From an uncultured Clostridia bacterium (lineage in GTDB: Bacteria > Bacillota > Clostridia > TANB77 > CAG-508), in assembly GCA_947628815.1 (NCBI GenBank), contig CANRBJ010000003.1:13772-77771 (forward strand): a stretch of 64,000 nt of DNA. The letters run 5' to 3'. Under the pieces are notes generated by a model. That model searched no databases. It was not told the origin of the DNA and saw nothing but the letters and a program-made list of their open reading frames with translations. Positions 1 to 11,530 of this stretch are shown piece after piece (positions within the stretch are counted from its first letter, which is position 1; each line of letters opens with the position of its first letter). A program made the position numbers and the translations under genes.

Positions 1-1037
1 ATATTCATATTTTCTAATTTTACAGTTGGCATATTTTCTAAAGAACCGTTTCCATTAAATAGGGCATTCGCAGCTTCACGAGCTTTTAAAGCTTCTTCTT
101 CACCATGGATTAACTTTGTTATTTCAAAAGCTGCTATTTGTTTTGCTTCATTTATTTTTTCATCTTTCAAACTAGAAAGTCTTCTTACTTCGTCCATTGG
201 AAGATATGTAAGCATTCTTAATACATCATATACCTCTGTATCACCAATATTTCTCCAATATTGATAAAAATCATAAGGTGAAGTTCTTTTAGCATCTAAC
301 CATAATGCACCACTTACGGTTTTTCCCATCTTCTTACCCTCAGAATTTAAAAGTAAAGGACAAGTAACACAGAAGCTACCATTTTTATGAATTTTACGAA
401 TTAAATCTACACCTGCTAACATATTAGACCATTGGTCGTCTCCACCAATTTGAACTTTACATCCTTTTTCTTCAAATAAATGTAAGAAGTCGTAACTTTG
501 CATTAACATATAATTCAATTCAAAAAATGTAAGACCTTTTTCCATACGTTGCTTAAAACATTCAGCATCAAGCATTCTATTAACATTAAAATGAATACCA
601 TAAGTACGAATAAAATCCATATAATTTAAATCTAATATCCAATCACCATTGTTTACAATAATTGCAGCATTATCTCCTTCAAAAGAAACAAATTTGCTTA
701 CTTGTTTAATAATATTATCAACGTTTTTTGAAATATCTTCTTTTGAAAGCATTTTTCGCATATCAGTTTTTCCGCTAGGATCACCTATAAAAGCAGTACC
801 ACCACCAATTAATATAATGGGCGTATGACCACATTTTTGAAAATAAGACATCATCATAAGAGGAATAAAATGACCAATATGAATACTATCTGCTGTTGGG
901 TCTATTCCTAAATATACCTTTGTTTTTTCTTTTTTTACCATTTCTTTAAATTCTTCTTCAAAAGGTATTTGTTTAATTAAATCTCTTTCTTTTAATACAT
1001 CATAAATAGAAGCATTTCGTAAATCCTCGTTTTCCAT
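1..1037 (-). CDS. tyrS: tyrosine--tRNA ligase, first ~345 codons (3' end lies beyond the left edge)
   Basis: Own minus-strand translation from ATG 1037..1035 (RBS AGGAAGGA): [20 protein letters not shown]... Class I motifs [10 protein letters not shown] (HIGH) and KKMGKT (KMSKS-type). Confidence 0.9.
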   Translation of the reverse strand, partial: MENEDLRNASIYDVLKERDLIKQIPFEEEFKEMVKKEKTKVYLGIDPTADSIHIGHFIPLMMMSYFQKCGHTPIILIGGGTAFIGDPSGKTDMRKMLSKEDISKNVDNIIKQVSKFVSFEGDNAAIIVNNGDWILDLNYMDFIRTYGIHFNVNRMLDAECFKQRMEKGLTFFELNYMLMQSYDFLHLFEEKGCKVQIGGDDQWSNMLAGVDLIRKIHKNGSFCVTCPLLLNSEGKKMGKTVSGALWLDAKRTSPYDFYQYWRNIGDTEVYDVLRMLTYLPMDEVRRLSSLKDEKINEAKQIAAFEITKLIHGEEEALKAREAANALFNGNGSLENMPTVKLENMN

Positions 1038-1063
1038 ATTTTTCACAATCCTTCCTAAAGTGT

Positions 1064-1089
1064 AAATAAAAAGCACGGGGTACCGTGCT
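1064..1089 (-). terminator. intrinsic terminator after the small zinc-ribbon gene, about 27 nt upstream of the tyrS RBS
   Basis: Minus-strand AGCACGG-UACC-CCGUGCU hairpin (1072..1089) followed by UUUUUAU. Confidence 0.55.
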
Positions 1090-1098
1090 AGATAACTT

Positions 1099-1356
1099 TT
1101 ATAAATTAATATTAGTACCTATATTTAATTTACTAGATAAATCAGAAAATTCCTCGTTTTCTAGATATCTATTTAAATTTTTTACAGTAATTCCTGTATC
1201 AACAGAAATGCAATCTATATTATTAGAATAATTTTCACCTTCAAAGTAATTTTTTAGTTTTGATATTTCAAAACTGTCCTTTTGTGTACAATTTTCACAT
1301 ACTGTATTTTCTGATAGAAAAAAACATCCACAACGTTTACATTTTTTAAATTCCAT
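1099..1356 (-). CDS. small zinc-ribbon protein (two CxxC pairs), YvyF/TIGR03826-like
   Basis: ORF track 1099..1386. Start moved to ATG 1356 ([13 protein letters not shown]...), which has a GGGGGAA RBS 4-5 nt upstream. CKRC and CENC pairs. Family assignment is from memory of YvyF architecture. Confidence 0.55.
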   Translation of the reverse strand: MEFKKCKRCGCFFLSENTVCENCTQKDSFEISKLKNYFEGENYSNNIDCISVDTGITVKNLNRYLENEEFSDLSSKLNIGTNINL

Positions 1357-1517
1357 AATATTCCCCCAAAATTCAAAATAAAACATAATCTTTTGTTTCT
1401 CGACACATATTCTATCATAAAAAAATAAAAAAGAAAAGTAAAATTAAAAAATATTGACAAAATTATAATTTATATATAAAATCATATCATTAAAACAAAA
1501 TTTGGAGGGATTAAGTT

Positions 1518-2069
1518 ATGAAAGCATATGTATGTAAAGTGTGTGGATATGTTCATTTTGGAGAAGAACCACCTGAAAAATGTCCTCAATGTGGTGTAGG
1601 AAAAGATAAATTTGAATTAAAAGAAGAAACAGGAAAAAAAGAATATGCAGATGAACATATAATTGGAGTAGCAAAAGGATTAGATGAAGAAGTTGTTAAA
1701 GGTTTAAAAGATAACTTTACAGGAGAATGTACAGAAGTAGGAATGTATCTTGCAATGAGTCGTCAAGCAGATAGAGAAGGTTATCCAGAAGTTGCAGAAG
1801 CTTTTAAGCGTTATGCATTTGAAGAAGCAGAACATGCAGCAAAATTTGCTGAACTTTTAGGAGAAATTGTTTTTGCAGATACGAAGAAGAATTTAATGTT
1901 AAGAGCGGAAGCAGAATGTGGAGCATGTATGGGTAAAAAAGAACTTGCAACTCGTGCAAAAGAATTAGGATATGATGCAATTCATGATACAGTTCATGAA
2001 ATGTGCAAAGATGAAGCAAGACACGGAAGAGGTTTTGAAGGATTATTAAAAAGATATTTTAATGCTTAA
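1518..2069 (+). CDS. rbr: reverse rubrerythrin (N-terminal rubredoxin-like CxxC...CxxC, C-terminal ferritin-like diiron domain)
   Basis: VCKVCGY...CPQCG at the N-terminus. ExxH diiron motifs ([18 protein letters not shown]). GGAGGG RBS. Confidence 0.9.
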   Translation: MKAYVCKVCGYVHFGEEPPEKCPQCGVGKDKFELKEETGKKEYADEHIIGVAKGLDEEVVKGLKDNFTGECTEVGMYLAMSRQADREGYPEVAEAFKRYAFEEAEHAAKFAELLGEIVFADTKKNLMLRAEAECGACMGKKELATRAKELGYDAIHDTVHEMCKDEARHGRGFEGLLKRYFNA

Positions 2070-2122
2070 GTAACTAAAAACGGATTAATGAGTTTGTACT
2101 CTTAATCCGTTTTTTAGTTACT
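2068..2122. terminator. long palindromic hairpin between convergent genes (bidirectional terminator)
   Basis: AAGTAACTAAAAACGGATTAA (2068..2088) pairs with TTAATCCGTTTTTAGTTACTT (2102..2122). Confidence 0.7.
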
Positions 2123-2658
2123 TAGAACAAAGCACTTGTTGGAATATAATTATCATCTGGTGGATATACATATTCATTTGAAGGCTTGCTACATTCCTTT
2201 ATATCTGTTATTTCAATTATAGGAATATCACCGTGATAATCACCTTTTGTAATTTTTCCAGTAATATCAACCCAAGTATTATCAGCAAATTTATTTGCAT
2301 CTTTATAATCACATAAAAATCCAACAACTACAGTTTGATTATCTGAACTTATTATCATATTTCGTGCTAAAACAAATTGCGTTTCGTTAAAATCATAAAC
2401 CCTATAAACATATCCAGAAAAATGAATTTTTTGACCAATATGCTCATCTAAATTATCATGTACCGATTTTAAAATATTGGTATAGTTATCACTTGTAATA
2501 TTCGCTACATCTGGTTCGTAAGTGCAGTGATTCGAAGATGAATTATTAAATATATTATAAAGTGAATATCCAGTTATAGTAATTACAATGATAAATAAAA
2601 TTATAAAGACGATTTTAAATACTAATTTAGGAGATAGTTTCAAATTACAAACAAACAT
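2122..2658 (-). CDS. membrane-anchored protein of unknown function (single N-terminal TM helix)
   Basis: 178-aa ORF with hydrophobic segment FKIVFIILFIIVITITGYSLY followed by a non-repetitive soluble domain. No family recognised. Confidence 0.6.
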   Translation of the reverse strand: MFVCNLKLSPKLVFKIVFIILFIIVITITGYSLYNIFNNSSSNHCTYEPDVANITSDNYTNILKSVHDNLDEHIGQKIHFSGYVYRVYDFNETQFVLARNMIISSDNQTVVVGFLCDYKDANKFADNTWVDITGKITKGDYHGDIPIIEITDIKECSKPSNEYVYPPDDNYIPTSALF

Positions 2659-2983
2659 ACAAATTCCTCTTTTCTAAAGTAAAATAAGATAATATAAGAT
2701 ATTCTAAATAAAAAAAAATATGATTAATTTTTATTTTAATAAAAATTAGAAGATAAAATATGGTATTATAACAATAAAGATGTTGAAAAATGGCACAAAA
2801 GAAAAAATTAAAATGAAAATAAAGGTAAAATAAAAACTCACAAGATTAGTTGCTTTTTTGTAAGTGATTACCATAAAACAAATTTTTATGTAGATAAATG
2901 ATAGTAGAGGAAACTGTAAAGAAATGGAATAAATTTCAAAAAAGTGCTACATAATATATAAAAATATATATGGAGGTTAGCAA

Positions 2984-4264
2984 ATGAGAGATTTTTTAGA
3001 AATAAGAAGTGTAAAGGCAATGGAAGTACTAGATTCAAGAGGAAATCCTACTGTGCAGGTAGAAGTAGTAACACAAGGAGGTTTTGTTGGAGTAAGTCTT
3101 GTGCCATCTGGTGCATCTACTGGAAGTTTCGAAGCAGTGGAGTTGCGTGATGGTGATGAAAAGAGATATTTAGGTAAAGGAGTTTTACAAGCAGTTGAAA
3201 ATGTAAATAAAAAAATTGCAAAAAAGATAGAAGGAATGAATGTATATAATCAATTAGAAATTGATAGAACTTTAATAATGCTAGATGATACACCAAACAA
3301 ATCAAAATTAGGTGCAAATGCAACACTTGGAGTATCACTTGCTATTGCAAAAGCTGCTGCAAATTCATTAGGAATGGAATTATATAATTATATAGGTGGA
3401 GTAAATAGTAAAATTCTACCACATCCAATGATGAATATTTTAAACGGCGGAAAACATTCCGATAACAATATTAACATTCAAGAGTTTATGATTATTCCTG
3501 TAGGAGCAACTACTTTTAGAGAAGGATTGCAAATGGGGGTAGAGGTATATCATAATTTAAAGAAAGTTTTAAAACAAAAGGGATATTCTGTTGCAGTAGG
3601 CGATGAAGGAGGATTTGCTCCGAATTTAACAGATGAAACAGAAGCAATTGAGGTAATTATAGAAGCAATAAAAAAAGCAGGATATGAGACTAAAAAAGAT
3701 ATAGCATTAGCATTAGATGTAGCAAGTACAGAAATGTATGAAGAGGCGAAGAAAATAGGAAAAGATGGCTATTATTTTTGGAAAACAGATAATTTTAAAA
3801 CAAAAGATGAAATGATAGACTATATTACTGAACTTGCAGAGAAATATCCTATTATTTCAATAGAAGATGGCCTTGCAGAAGAAGATTGGGAATCTTGGAA
3901 AGTGCTTACAGATAGATTAAAAGATAAGATACAATTAGTAGGGGATGATTTGTTTGTTACTAATAAAGATAGATTAAAAAAAGGAATAAAACAAGGAGTT
4001 GCAAACAGCATTTTAATTAAGCCAAATCAAATAGGAACTTTAACTGAAACATTAGATGCTATTGAACTTGCAAAAAAGAATGGATATACAGCAGTTATTT
4101 CACATCGTTCAGGAGAAACAGAGGATACAACAATTGCAGATATAGCAGTAGCAACAAATGCAGGTCAAATAAAAACAGGTGCACCATGTAGAACAGATAG
4201 AGTTGCGAAATATAATAGGCTATTAAATATAGAAGAAGATTTAAAAGAAGATGCTTGGTTTTAA
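2984..4264 (+). CDS. eno: enolase (phosphopyruvate hydratase)
   Basis: 426 aa. [33 protein letters not shown] and [13 protein letters not shown] motifs. GGAGG RBS. Confidence 0.97.
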   Translation: MRDFLEIRSVKAMEVLDSRGNPTVQVEVVTQGGFVGVSLVPSGASTGSFEAVELRDGDEKRYLGKGVLQAVENVNKKIAKKIEGMNVYNQLEIDRTLIMLDDTPNKSKLGANATLGVSLAIAKAAANSLGMELYNYIGGVNSKILPHPMMNILNGGKHSDNNINIQEFMIIPVGATTFREGLQMGVEVYHNLKKVLKQKGYSVAVGDEGGFAPNLTDETEAIEVIIEAIKKAGYETKKDIALALDVASTEMYEEAKKIGKDGYYFWKTDNFKTKDEMIDYITELAEKYPIISIEDGLAEEDWESWKVLTDRLKDKIQLVGDDLFVTNKDRLKKGIKQGVANSILIKPNQIGTLTETLDAIELAKKNGYTAVISHRSGETEDTTIADIAVATNAGQIKTGAPCRTDRVAKYNRLLNIEEDLKEDAWF

Positions 4265-4353
4265 TAAAAAACACACGAAATTTACTTAATATAAGTAGAA
4301 ATTCGTGTGTTTTTATGATATTATAGAAGATATAAAAATATGAGAGGAATAAT

Positions 4354-5157
4354 ATGAATAAACAAGAGATTTTAAATTCATACAAAAAAGAAGAGGATAG
4401 GTTATTGGTAGCAAAAGTATTAGATAAATTAGAGTTATCTAAAAAACGAAATAAGATAGCAAATACGGATTTTTTGGATATGTACCAAAAAAATATTATT
4501 CAAAATTTATTAAATCATATACATTGCACAAATTATATGTTCTATGGTGGAAATGATGATGTAGAACGAACAGTAGTAATTTTCTACCCAGAAAAATTTA
4601 ATGAAAATATTATGGAAAAGAACTATAAACAAATTATGAGCATTGTCCAAATTATATTGCCAAAAGATTTAACGAGAAAATATACACATAGAGATTATCT
4701 TGGTGGATTAATGAAACTTGGAATTAAAAGAGAAAAAATTGGAGACATTATTGTATTTGAAGGAGGTGCAGATATTATTGTATTAAATGAAAAATTGGAT
4801 TTTATTGTAACCAATTTATCAAATTTAACAAGATTTAGTAAAGCAAATATAACAATAAAAGAAATAAATGAATTGCATGAAGTAGAAGTAAAGACCGAAA
4901 TAGTACAAATAATTATATCTTCATTAAGATTAGATAATATAGTATCAGAAATTGCAAAAACATCAAGAACAAAAGCAGAAGAAATTATTAGACAAGGAAG
5001 AGTATTTGTAAATTTTGAAAATATTACTAAAGATTCAAAAATGCTAAAAGAATTAGATATAATTACTATACGAGGCAAAGGCAGATTTAAAATAGTTGAT
5101 GTAGAAAGAAATACAAAAAAGGGTAAACTAGTAGTAAATGTTGAAAAGTATGTGTAA
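4354..5157 (+). CDS. ylmH: YlmH-like S4-domain RNA-binding protein
   Basis: 267 aa. HRDYLGGLMKLGIKREKIGDI and a C-terminal S4 motif (LRLDNIVSEIAKTSRTKAEEIIRQGRVFVN). Confidence 0.75.
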   Translation: MNKQEILNSYKKEEDRLLVAKVLDKLELSKKRNKIANTDFLDMYQKNIIQNLLNHIHCTNYMFYGGNDDVERTVVIFYPEKFNENIMEKNYKQIMSIVQIILPKDLTRKYTHRDYLGGLMKLGIKREKIGDIIVFEGGADIIVLNEKLDFIVTNLSNLTRFSKANITIKEINELHEVEVKTEIVQIIISSLRLDNIVSEIAKTSRTKAEEIIRQGRVFVNFENITKDSKMLKELDIITIRGKGRFKIVDVERNTKKGKLVVNVEKYV

Positions 5158-5240
5158 AATCTACCCAAAACACTTGCAATATAAAAAAAACGTGATATAA
5201 TATAAGGGCTAATTTCAAAATGAGAAAGGATTTGAATTAA

Positions 5241-6524
5241 ATGAGTATAAAAGTTGAAAAAACAGAAAACAAAAACGAATTAAAGTTAGAATTTACAATT
5301 GAAGCAGCAAAATTCGATGAAGCTATTAAAAAAGTATATTCAAAAAGTGCAAAGTATTTTAATATACCAGGATTTAGAAAAGGAAAAGCTCCTATGAATA
5401 TTGTTGAGAGATATTATGGAGATGAAATTTTCTATGAAGATGCTTTTAACGAAGTAGTTCCAACAGTATACGAAAAAGAATTAAAAGAAAATAATATAGA
5501 AGCAGTTAGCCGTCCAAATATTGAAGTAACACAAATTGGAAAAGGACAAGACTTAATTTTTACAGCAGTTGTTCAAACAAAACCAGAAGTTAAGCTTGGA
5601 AAATATAAAGGTATAGAATTAAAAAAAGTTGAGTATAATGTATCTGAAGCAGATATTGAACATGAACTTGGCCATATGCAAGAAAAAAATGCTAGATTAG
5701 TTTCAGTTGAAGATAGAGCAGTAGAAAAAGATGATATTACTGTAATCGACTTCGAAGGATTTATTGATGGAGTAGCATTTGATGGTGGAAAGGCAGAAAA
5801 TCATGAATTAACAATAGGAAGTAATACATTTATACCAGGATTTGAAGACCAAATTATTGGTATGAAAATAGATGAAGAAAGAGATATTAAAGTAAAATTC
5901 CCAGATGACTATTTTTCAGATGAACTAAAAGGAAAAGATGCAACATTTAAAGTTAAATTACATGAAATAAAGAAAAAAGAAATGCCAGCTTTAGATGATG
6001 AATTTGCAAAAGATGTTAGTGAATTTGATACATTAAAGGAATTAAAAGCAAGCATCAAAGAAAAACTAGAAGAACAAAACAAAAATAAGGAAAAATATGA
6101 AACAGAAGATGCAGCCATTAAAGCGGTATGCGATAATGTGGAATTAGATATTCCATCAGGAATGATTGAAACAGAAATAGATAATATGACAGGAGAAATT
6201 GAACAAAGACTTTCATACCAAGGATTGAAACTAGAAAATTATCTACAAATGCTAGGTAAAACAACCGAAGAATTTAGAAAAGAATATGAAGAACAAGCAA
6301 AAACATCTGTAAAAAATAAATTAGTATTAGAAGCCATTATTAAAGCAGAAAACATTGAAGCAGATTCTAAAAAGGTAGACGAAAAAATAAAAGAAATGGC
6401 TGAAATGTATGGACAAAAAGAAGAACAACTAAAACAAAATGAAGGTTTCGTAAAATACATAGAAGAATCATTAAAAAATGAAAGAGCTATAGAATTTATT
6501 GTAGAAAATGCAAAAATAAAATAA
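5241..6524 (+). CDS. tig: trigger factor (ribosome-associated PPIase chaperone)
   Basis: 427 aa. GFRKGKAP ribosome-binding signature, central FKBP-like domain, position upstream of clpP-clpX. Confidence 0.95.
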   Translation: MSIKVEKTENKNELKLEFTIEAAKFDEAIKKVYSKSAKYFNIPGFRKGKAPMNIVERYYGDEIFYEDAFNEVVPTVYEKELKENNIEAVSRPNIEVTQIGKGQDLIFTAVVQTKPEVKLGKYKGIELKKVEYNVSEADIEHELGHMQEKNARLVSVEDRAVEKDDITVIDFEGFIDGVAFDGGKAENHELTIGSNTFIPGFEDQIIGMKIDEERDIKVKFPDDYFSDELKGKDATFKVKLHEIKKKEMPALDDEFAKDVSEFDTLKELKASIKEKLEEQNKNKEKYETEDAAIKAVCDNVELDIPSGMIETEIDNMTGEIEQRLSYQGLKLENYLQMLGKTTEEFRKEYEEQAKTSVKNKLVLEAIIKAENIEADSKKVDEKIKEMAEMYGQKEEQLKQNEGFVKYIEESLKNERAIEFIVENAKIK

Positions 6525-6533
6525 TAACAAAAG

Positions 6534-6578
6534 TCGGAGGTATGTAATAAAGTATATAAAAGGATACCTCTGATTTTT
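6534..6578 (+). terminator. intrinsic terminator after tig
   Basis: CGGAGGTAT / ATACCTCTG 9-bp stem followed by TTTTT (6574..6578). Confidence 0.6.
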
Positions 6579-6647
6579 AAGTTTTAAAATTCAAAGTTTG
6601 GGTATAATCCCTACAAAAGAAAATTATATTATAAGGAGGAAACAAAA

Positions 6648-7250
6648 ATGTTACAAAATAGTTTAGTACCATATGTAATTGAACAAACAAATAAAGGAGA
6701 AAGATCATACGATATTTTCTCAAGACTTTTAAAAGACAGAATTATATTCTTAGGAGAAGATGTAAATCCTACAACAGCAAGTTTAGTAATTGCACAATTA
6801 TTATTTCTAGAATCAGAAGATCCAGATAAGGAAATTAGTTTATATATTAACTCACCAGGAGGTTCTATAACAGACGGAATGGGTATTGTAGATACAATGA
6901 ATTATATTAAATGCCCTGTTTCTACAATTTGTATAGGAATGGCAGCAAGTATGGGAGCAGTTTTACTTGCATCTGGAGAAAAAGGAAAAAGATTTGCAAC
7001 ACCAAATGCTGAAATACTTATACACCAACCATTAATTGGAGGAAATGGAATTTCAGGTCAAGCAACTGAAATAAAAATACATGCAGACCATATGGTAAGA
7101 ACTAGGGAAAAATTAAATAAATTATTAAGTGCAAGAACTGGTCAGAGTTTAGAAACTATTGAAAAAGATACAGAAAGAGATAACTATATGACAGCACAAG
7201 AGGCTTTAAAATATGGATTAATTGATGGAATTATGGAAAAAAGAATGTAA
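6648..7250 (+). CDS. clpP: ATP-dependent Clp protease proteolytic subunit
   Basis: 200 aa. [11 protein letters not shown] (Ser), ILIHQP (His), [11 protein letters not shown] (Asp) catalytic context. Confidence 0.97.
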   Translation: MLQNSLVPYVIEQTNKGERSYDIFSRLLKDRIIFLGEDVNPTTASLVIAQLLFLESEDPDKEISLYINSPGGSITDGMGIVDTMNYIKCPVSTICIGMAASMGAVLLASGEKGKRFATPNAEILIHQPLIGGNGISGQATEIKIHADHMVRTREKLNKLLSARTGQSLETIEKDTERDNYMTAQEALKYGLIDGIMEKRM

Positions 7251-7305
7251 CACAGGGATAAATTATAGTAAAATTGTCCTTATATATAAAATCTAGGAGG
7301 AAAAA

Positions 7306-8613
7306 ATGGCAAAAAATCAAAGTGAAAAAAATATAAAATGTTCTTTTTGTGGTAAAACACAAGATAATGTAAAAAGAATTGTAGCAGGGCCTGGCGTATA
7401 TATTTGTGATGAATGTATTTCGCTATGTAAAAGTATAATAGATGAGGATTACTTAGAAGATGAAGATACAGGTTATACAATTGAAGAAGTTAGTACTCTT
7501 CCAAAGCCAGAAGAAATTAAAAAAACATTAGACCAATATGTAATAGGTCAAGAAGAAGCCAAAAGAACCCTTGCAGTTGCCGTATATAATCATTATAAAA
7601 GAATTAATAGTGAAGATGAAATTAATGATGTAGAAATTCAAAAAAGCAATGTATTATTACTTGGTCCAACAGGGTGTGGAAAAACATTACTTGCACAAAC
7701 TCTTGCAAGAATTTTAAAAGTACCATTTGCAATTGCAGACGCAACTACTTTAACAGAAGCAGGTTATGTAGGTGAAGATGTTGAGAACATATTATTAAAA
7801 CTAATACAAGCAGCAGATTACGATATAGAACTTGCTGAAAAAGGAATTATATATATAGATGAAATAGATAAGATTACAAGAAAATCTGAAAATCCATCTA
7901 TAACAAGAGACGTTAGTGGAGAGGGAGTACAACAGGCCTTATTAAAAATAGTAGAAGGAACAGTTGCATCTGTACCACCACAAGGAGGAAGAAAGCATCC
8001 ACATCAGGAATTTTTACAAATTAACACTTCAAATATTTTATTTATATGCGGAGGAGCATTTGAAGGATTAGATAAAATAATTGATGAAAGAATTGGAAAA
8101 AAAGTAATAGGTTTTGGAGCAAAAATTCAAAGCAAAAAAGAAGTAGACAAAGCTGCAATTTATAGTGAACTTTTACCACAAGACTTATTAAAATTCGGGT
8201 TAATACCAGAATTTGTAGGAAGACTTCCAATTATTGCTACATTAAAAGAATTAGATAGAGAAGCTCTAATTAAAATTGTAACAGAACCAAAAAATGCTTT
8301 AGTAAAGCAATATAAAAAATTATTAGAATTAGATGATGTAGAATTAGAATTTGAAAAAGAAGCATTAGATATAATTGTAGATAAAGCAATTGAAAGAAAT
8401 ACAGGAGCAAGGGGATTACGTTCAATTATCGAGGACATTATGCGAGATATCATGTTTGATATTCCTTCTAATCCTAAAATTGAAAAATGTATAGTAACAA
8501 AAGAAACAGTACAAAACGGAGACGAACCAAAACTAATTTTAAATGAAGCAAAAGTTTCAAAAAAGCACATTAAAAAGAGAAAAGTAATACAAAAAAATAG
8601 CGAAACAGCATAA
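7306..8613 (+). CDS. clpX: ATP-dependent Clp protease ATP-binding subunit ClpX
   Basis: 435 aa. Zinc-binding CSFCGK...CDEC, Walker A GPTGCGKT, Walker [10 protein letters not shown]. Confidence 0.97.
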   Translation: MAKNQSEKNIKCSFCGKTQDNVKRIVAGPGVYICDECISLCKSIIDEDYLEDEDTGYTIEEVSTLPKPEEIKKTLDQYVIGQEEAKRTLAVAVYNHYKRINSEDEINDVEIQKSNVLLLGPTGCGKTLLAQTLARILKVPFAIADATTLTEAGYVGEDVENILLKLIQAADYDIELAEKGIIYIDEIDKITRKSENPSITRDVSGEGVQQALLKIVEGTVASVPPQGGRKHPHQEFLQINTSNILFICGGAFEGLDKIIDERIGKKVIGFGAKIQSKKEVDKAAIYSELLPQDLLKFGLIPEFVGRLPIIATLKELDREALIKIVTEPKNALVKQYKKLLELDDVELEFEKEALDIIVDKAIERNTGARGLRSIIEDIMRDIMFDIPSNPKIEKCIVTKETVQNGDEPKLILNEAKVSKKHIKKRKVIQKNSETA

Positions 8614-8648
8614 AATGTAAAACTTTATGAAGTATAGGAGGTAAAAAT

Positions 8649-11423
8649 ATGTGTGAAGAAAAGAAAGACTATGGCGCAACATTAAATTTGCCAAAAACAG
8701 ATTTTCCAATGAGGGCAAGCCTGCCAGAAAATGAACCCAAAATACTTGAAGGTGTTTTTGAAAAAGGGCTATATGAAAAAATGCTTAAAAAGAATGAAGG
8801 AAAGGAACCATTTGTACTACATGATGGGCCTCCATATGCAAATGGGGAAATTCATTTAGGGCATGCTTTAAATAAAGTTTTAAAGGATACTATTGTAAGA
8901 TATAAGAATTTACAGGGATATTATACACCATTTATACCAGGTTTTGATACACATGGTATGCCAACTGAAAAAAAGGCAATAGAAAAATTAGGATTAAATA
9001 GAGACGAAATACCAGTAACTAAATTTAGAGATACTTGTAAGCAATTTACTATGGATTATAAAGATAAACAAATAGAAGGCTTTAAACGTTTAGGTGTATT
9101 AGCAGATTGGGATAATCCATATATTACATATCAACCACAAATGGAAGCAAAACAAATTGGTGTATTTGCAGATATGTATAAAAAAGGATATATATATAAA
9201 GGATTAAAACCAGTATACTGGTGTACAGACTGCGAAACAGCCCTTGCAGAAGCGGAAATTGAATATAAAGACATAAATTCACATACAGCATATGTTAAAT
9301 TTCCAGTTAAAGATGCAAAAGGAAAATTTGATGAAAAAAATACTTCATTTGTAATATGGACAACAACACCTTGGACATTGCCAGGAAATATGGGAATTAC
9401 AATTGGTGCTGATTATAAATATAGTATAGTAAATATAGGAAACGAAAAAGTAATAATTGCAACTGAACTTGTTCCTAAAGTAATGGAAAAAGCAGGAATA
9501 AGTGAATATAAAATAGTAGCAGAATTTGAAGGAAAAGAATTAGAAGGAATTATTTGTAAACATCCATTTTTAGATAGAGATTCACGAGTAGTACTAGGTT
9601 CTGATGATACTATACTTGTTGAATTAGATACAGGTACAGGAGCAGTTCATACCGCGCCTGGATATGGTAAAGAGGACTACCTTTGTGGATTAAAAAATGG
9701 ATTAGATATTGTAGTTACAATTGATAGCAAAGGTCATCAAACAGAAGAAGCAGGAATTTTTGCAGGAATGTATTATGCAAAATCTGATAAAGAAATTATC
9801 AAATGGCTAGATGAAAATGGATATTTACTTGCATCTGAGGACGTAAACCACTCTTATCCACATTGTTGGAGATGTAAACATCCAGTAATATATCGTGCAA
9901 CAAACCAATGGTTTGCATCAGTTGATGGATTTAGAAAAGAAACACTAGAGGCAATTAAAAGTGTTAAATGGTATCCTGCATGGGGAGAAGAAAGAATTTC
10001 TAAAATGGTAGAAGATAGAAACGATTGGTGTATATCTCGTCAAAGAACGTGGGGAGTTCCAATACCAATTTTCTATTGTGCAGAGTGTGAAAAAGAATAT
10101 GTAACTCCAGAGAGTTTAGAAAAAGTACAAGAAATCTTTAAAGAAAAAGGTTCAAATGCGTGGTTTGAATTATCTACGAAGGAATTAATGCCAGAAGGTG
10201 CAAAATGTCCTCATTGTGGAAGTACAGAGTTTAAAAAAGAAACTGATATTATGGATGTATGGTTCGATTCAGGTTCTACACACGAATCTGTTCTTAGTGA
10301 GCGAGGACTTCCAGAAGCAGATCTTTACTTAGAGGGAAGTGACCAATATAGAGGCTGGTTCCAATCATCTATTTTAACAAGTGTTGCAACAAAAGGAAAA
10401 GCACCTTATAAAGAAGTATTAACACATGGATATACAGTAGATGAACAGGGCAGAAAAATGTCTAAAAGTTTAGGAAATGGAATAGATCCAAAAGATGTTA
10501 TAAATGAATCTGGAGCAGATGTATTAAGACTATGGGTATTATCTTCAGACTATAAATCAGATGTAAGTGGTTCAAAAAATATTTTAAAACAAGTAACAGA
10601 AGTTTATAGAAAAATACGCAATACAGCAAGATATATATTAGGAAATATTAGTGATTTTGATGTAAATGCACCTGTTAATTATGAAGATTTACAAGAAATT
10701 GATAAATGGGCACTGTCAAGATTAAATAAACTAATAAAAGATTGCACTGAGGCCTACGATGTATATGATTTCCATAATGCATATCATGCAATAAATCAAT
10801 TCTGTGTTGTAGATATGAGTTCTTTCTATTTGGATATTATTAAAGATAGATTATATACATCTAAAAAAGATTCTATTAAAAGAAGAGCTGCTCAAACTAC
10901 AATGTATGAAATATTATCAGCACTTGTAAGAATACTTGCTCCAATGACTTGCTATACAGCAGAAGAAATTTGGAAATATATGCCACATAAGCAAGGAGAA
11001 AATACACAAAGTGTAATGTTAGATTACTACCCTAAGGCAAATCCAAAATACGACAATGGAGAATTAGAAGCTAAATGGGATAAATATATAAAAATAAAAG
11101 ATGAAGTTGCAAAAAAACTAGAACTTGCAAGGGCAAATAAAGAAATAGGGCTATCACTTGCAGCAAAAGTAATACTTTATGCAGATGGAGAAGAATATGA
11201 ATTTATAAAAGGAAAAGAAGAGCTTTTAAAAGAAATATTTATAGTGTCTCAAGTTGAAATTGTTAAAGGAAAAGAAGAAGAGGATAAAGATGCTATTGTA
11301 GGAGTAAAAGTAGAACAAGCAGAAGGTGAAAAATGCGACAGATGTTGGATGTATTCAAAAACAGTAGGAGAAGATAAAGAAAATCCAACAATTTGTCATA
11401 GATGTAGCGAAAATTTAAAATAA
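8649..11423 (+). CDS. ileS: isoleucine--tRNA ligase
   Basis: 924 aa. PYANGEIHLGH (HIGH), KMSKSLGN, C-terminal Zn cluster CDRCW...CHRC. Only 35 nt after clpX, so no leader. Confidence 0.95.
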   Translation: MCEEKKDYGATLNLPKTDFPMRASLPENEPKILEGVFEKGLYEKMLKKNEGKEPFVLHDGPPYANGEIHLGHALNKVLKDTIVRYKNLQGYYTPFIPGFDTHGMPTEKKAIEKLGLNRDEIPVTKFRDTCKQFTMDYKDKQIEGFKRLGVLADWDNPYITYQPQMEAKQIGVFADMYKKGYIYKGLKPVYWCTDCETALAEAEIEYKDINSHTAYVKFPVKDAKGKFDEKNTSFVIWTTTPWTLPGNMGITIGADYKYSIVNIGNEKVIIATELVPKVMEKAGISEYKIVAEFEGKELEGIICKHPFLDRDSRVVLGSDDTILVELDTGTGAVHTAPGYGKEDYLCGLKNGLDIVVTIDSKGHQTEEAGIFAGMYYAKSDKEIIKWLDENGYLLASEDVNHSYPHCWRCKHPVIYRATNQWFASVDGFRKETLEAIKSVKWYPAWGEERISKMVEDRNDWCISRQRTWGVPIPIFYCAECEKEYVTPESLEKVQEIFKEKGSNAWFELSTKELMPEGAKCPHCGSTEFKKETDIMDVWFDSGSTHESVLSERGLPEADLYLEGSDQYRGWFQSSILTSVATKGKAPYKEVLTHGYTVDEQGRKMSKSLGNGIDPKDVINESGADVLRLWVLSSDYKSDVSGSKNILKQVTEVYRKIRNTARYILGNISDFDVNAPVNYEDLQEIDKWALSRLNKLIKDCTEAYDVYDFHNAYHAINQFCVVDMSSFYLDIIKDRLYTSKKDSIKRRAAQTTMYEILSALVRILAPMTCYTAEEIWKYMPHKQGENTQSVMLDYYPKANPKYDNGELEAKWDKYIKIKDEVAKKLELARANKEIGLSLAAKVILYADGEEYEFIKGKEELLKEIFIVSQVEIVKGKEEEDKDAIVGVKVEQAEGEKCDRCWMYSKTVGEDKENPTICHRCSENLK

Positions 11424-11427
11424 TAAG

Positions 11428-11466
11428 AAAAAGATTGATTTTTGAAAAAATCAATCTTTTTCTTTA
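11428..11466 (+). terminator. intrinsic terminator after ileS
   Basis: AAAAAGATTGATTTTT / AAAAATCAATCTTTTT perfect hairpin followed by a T-rich tail. Confidence 0.7.
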
Positions 11467-11530
11467 GTATATCCATACAATTAATTCATATAATATATAG
11501 TAATGATAACTTTAAGAAAAGAGGAATAAA

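Noticed and set aside
1064-1098. Possibility that the hairpin upstream of tyrS is the terminator of a Tyr T-box riboswitch (it contains GGTACC, reminiscent of the T-box UGGNACC core)
   Set aside because: There is no space for stem I, a specifier loop or an antiterminator. The DNA immediately upstream (1099..1356) is a bona fide small gene with its own RBS.
6579-6647. Searched for a CtsR operator upstream of clpP
   Set aside because: No GGTCAAA-type heptad repeat on either strand. The only clear CtsR box in the window is at 28064..28080.
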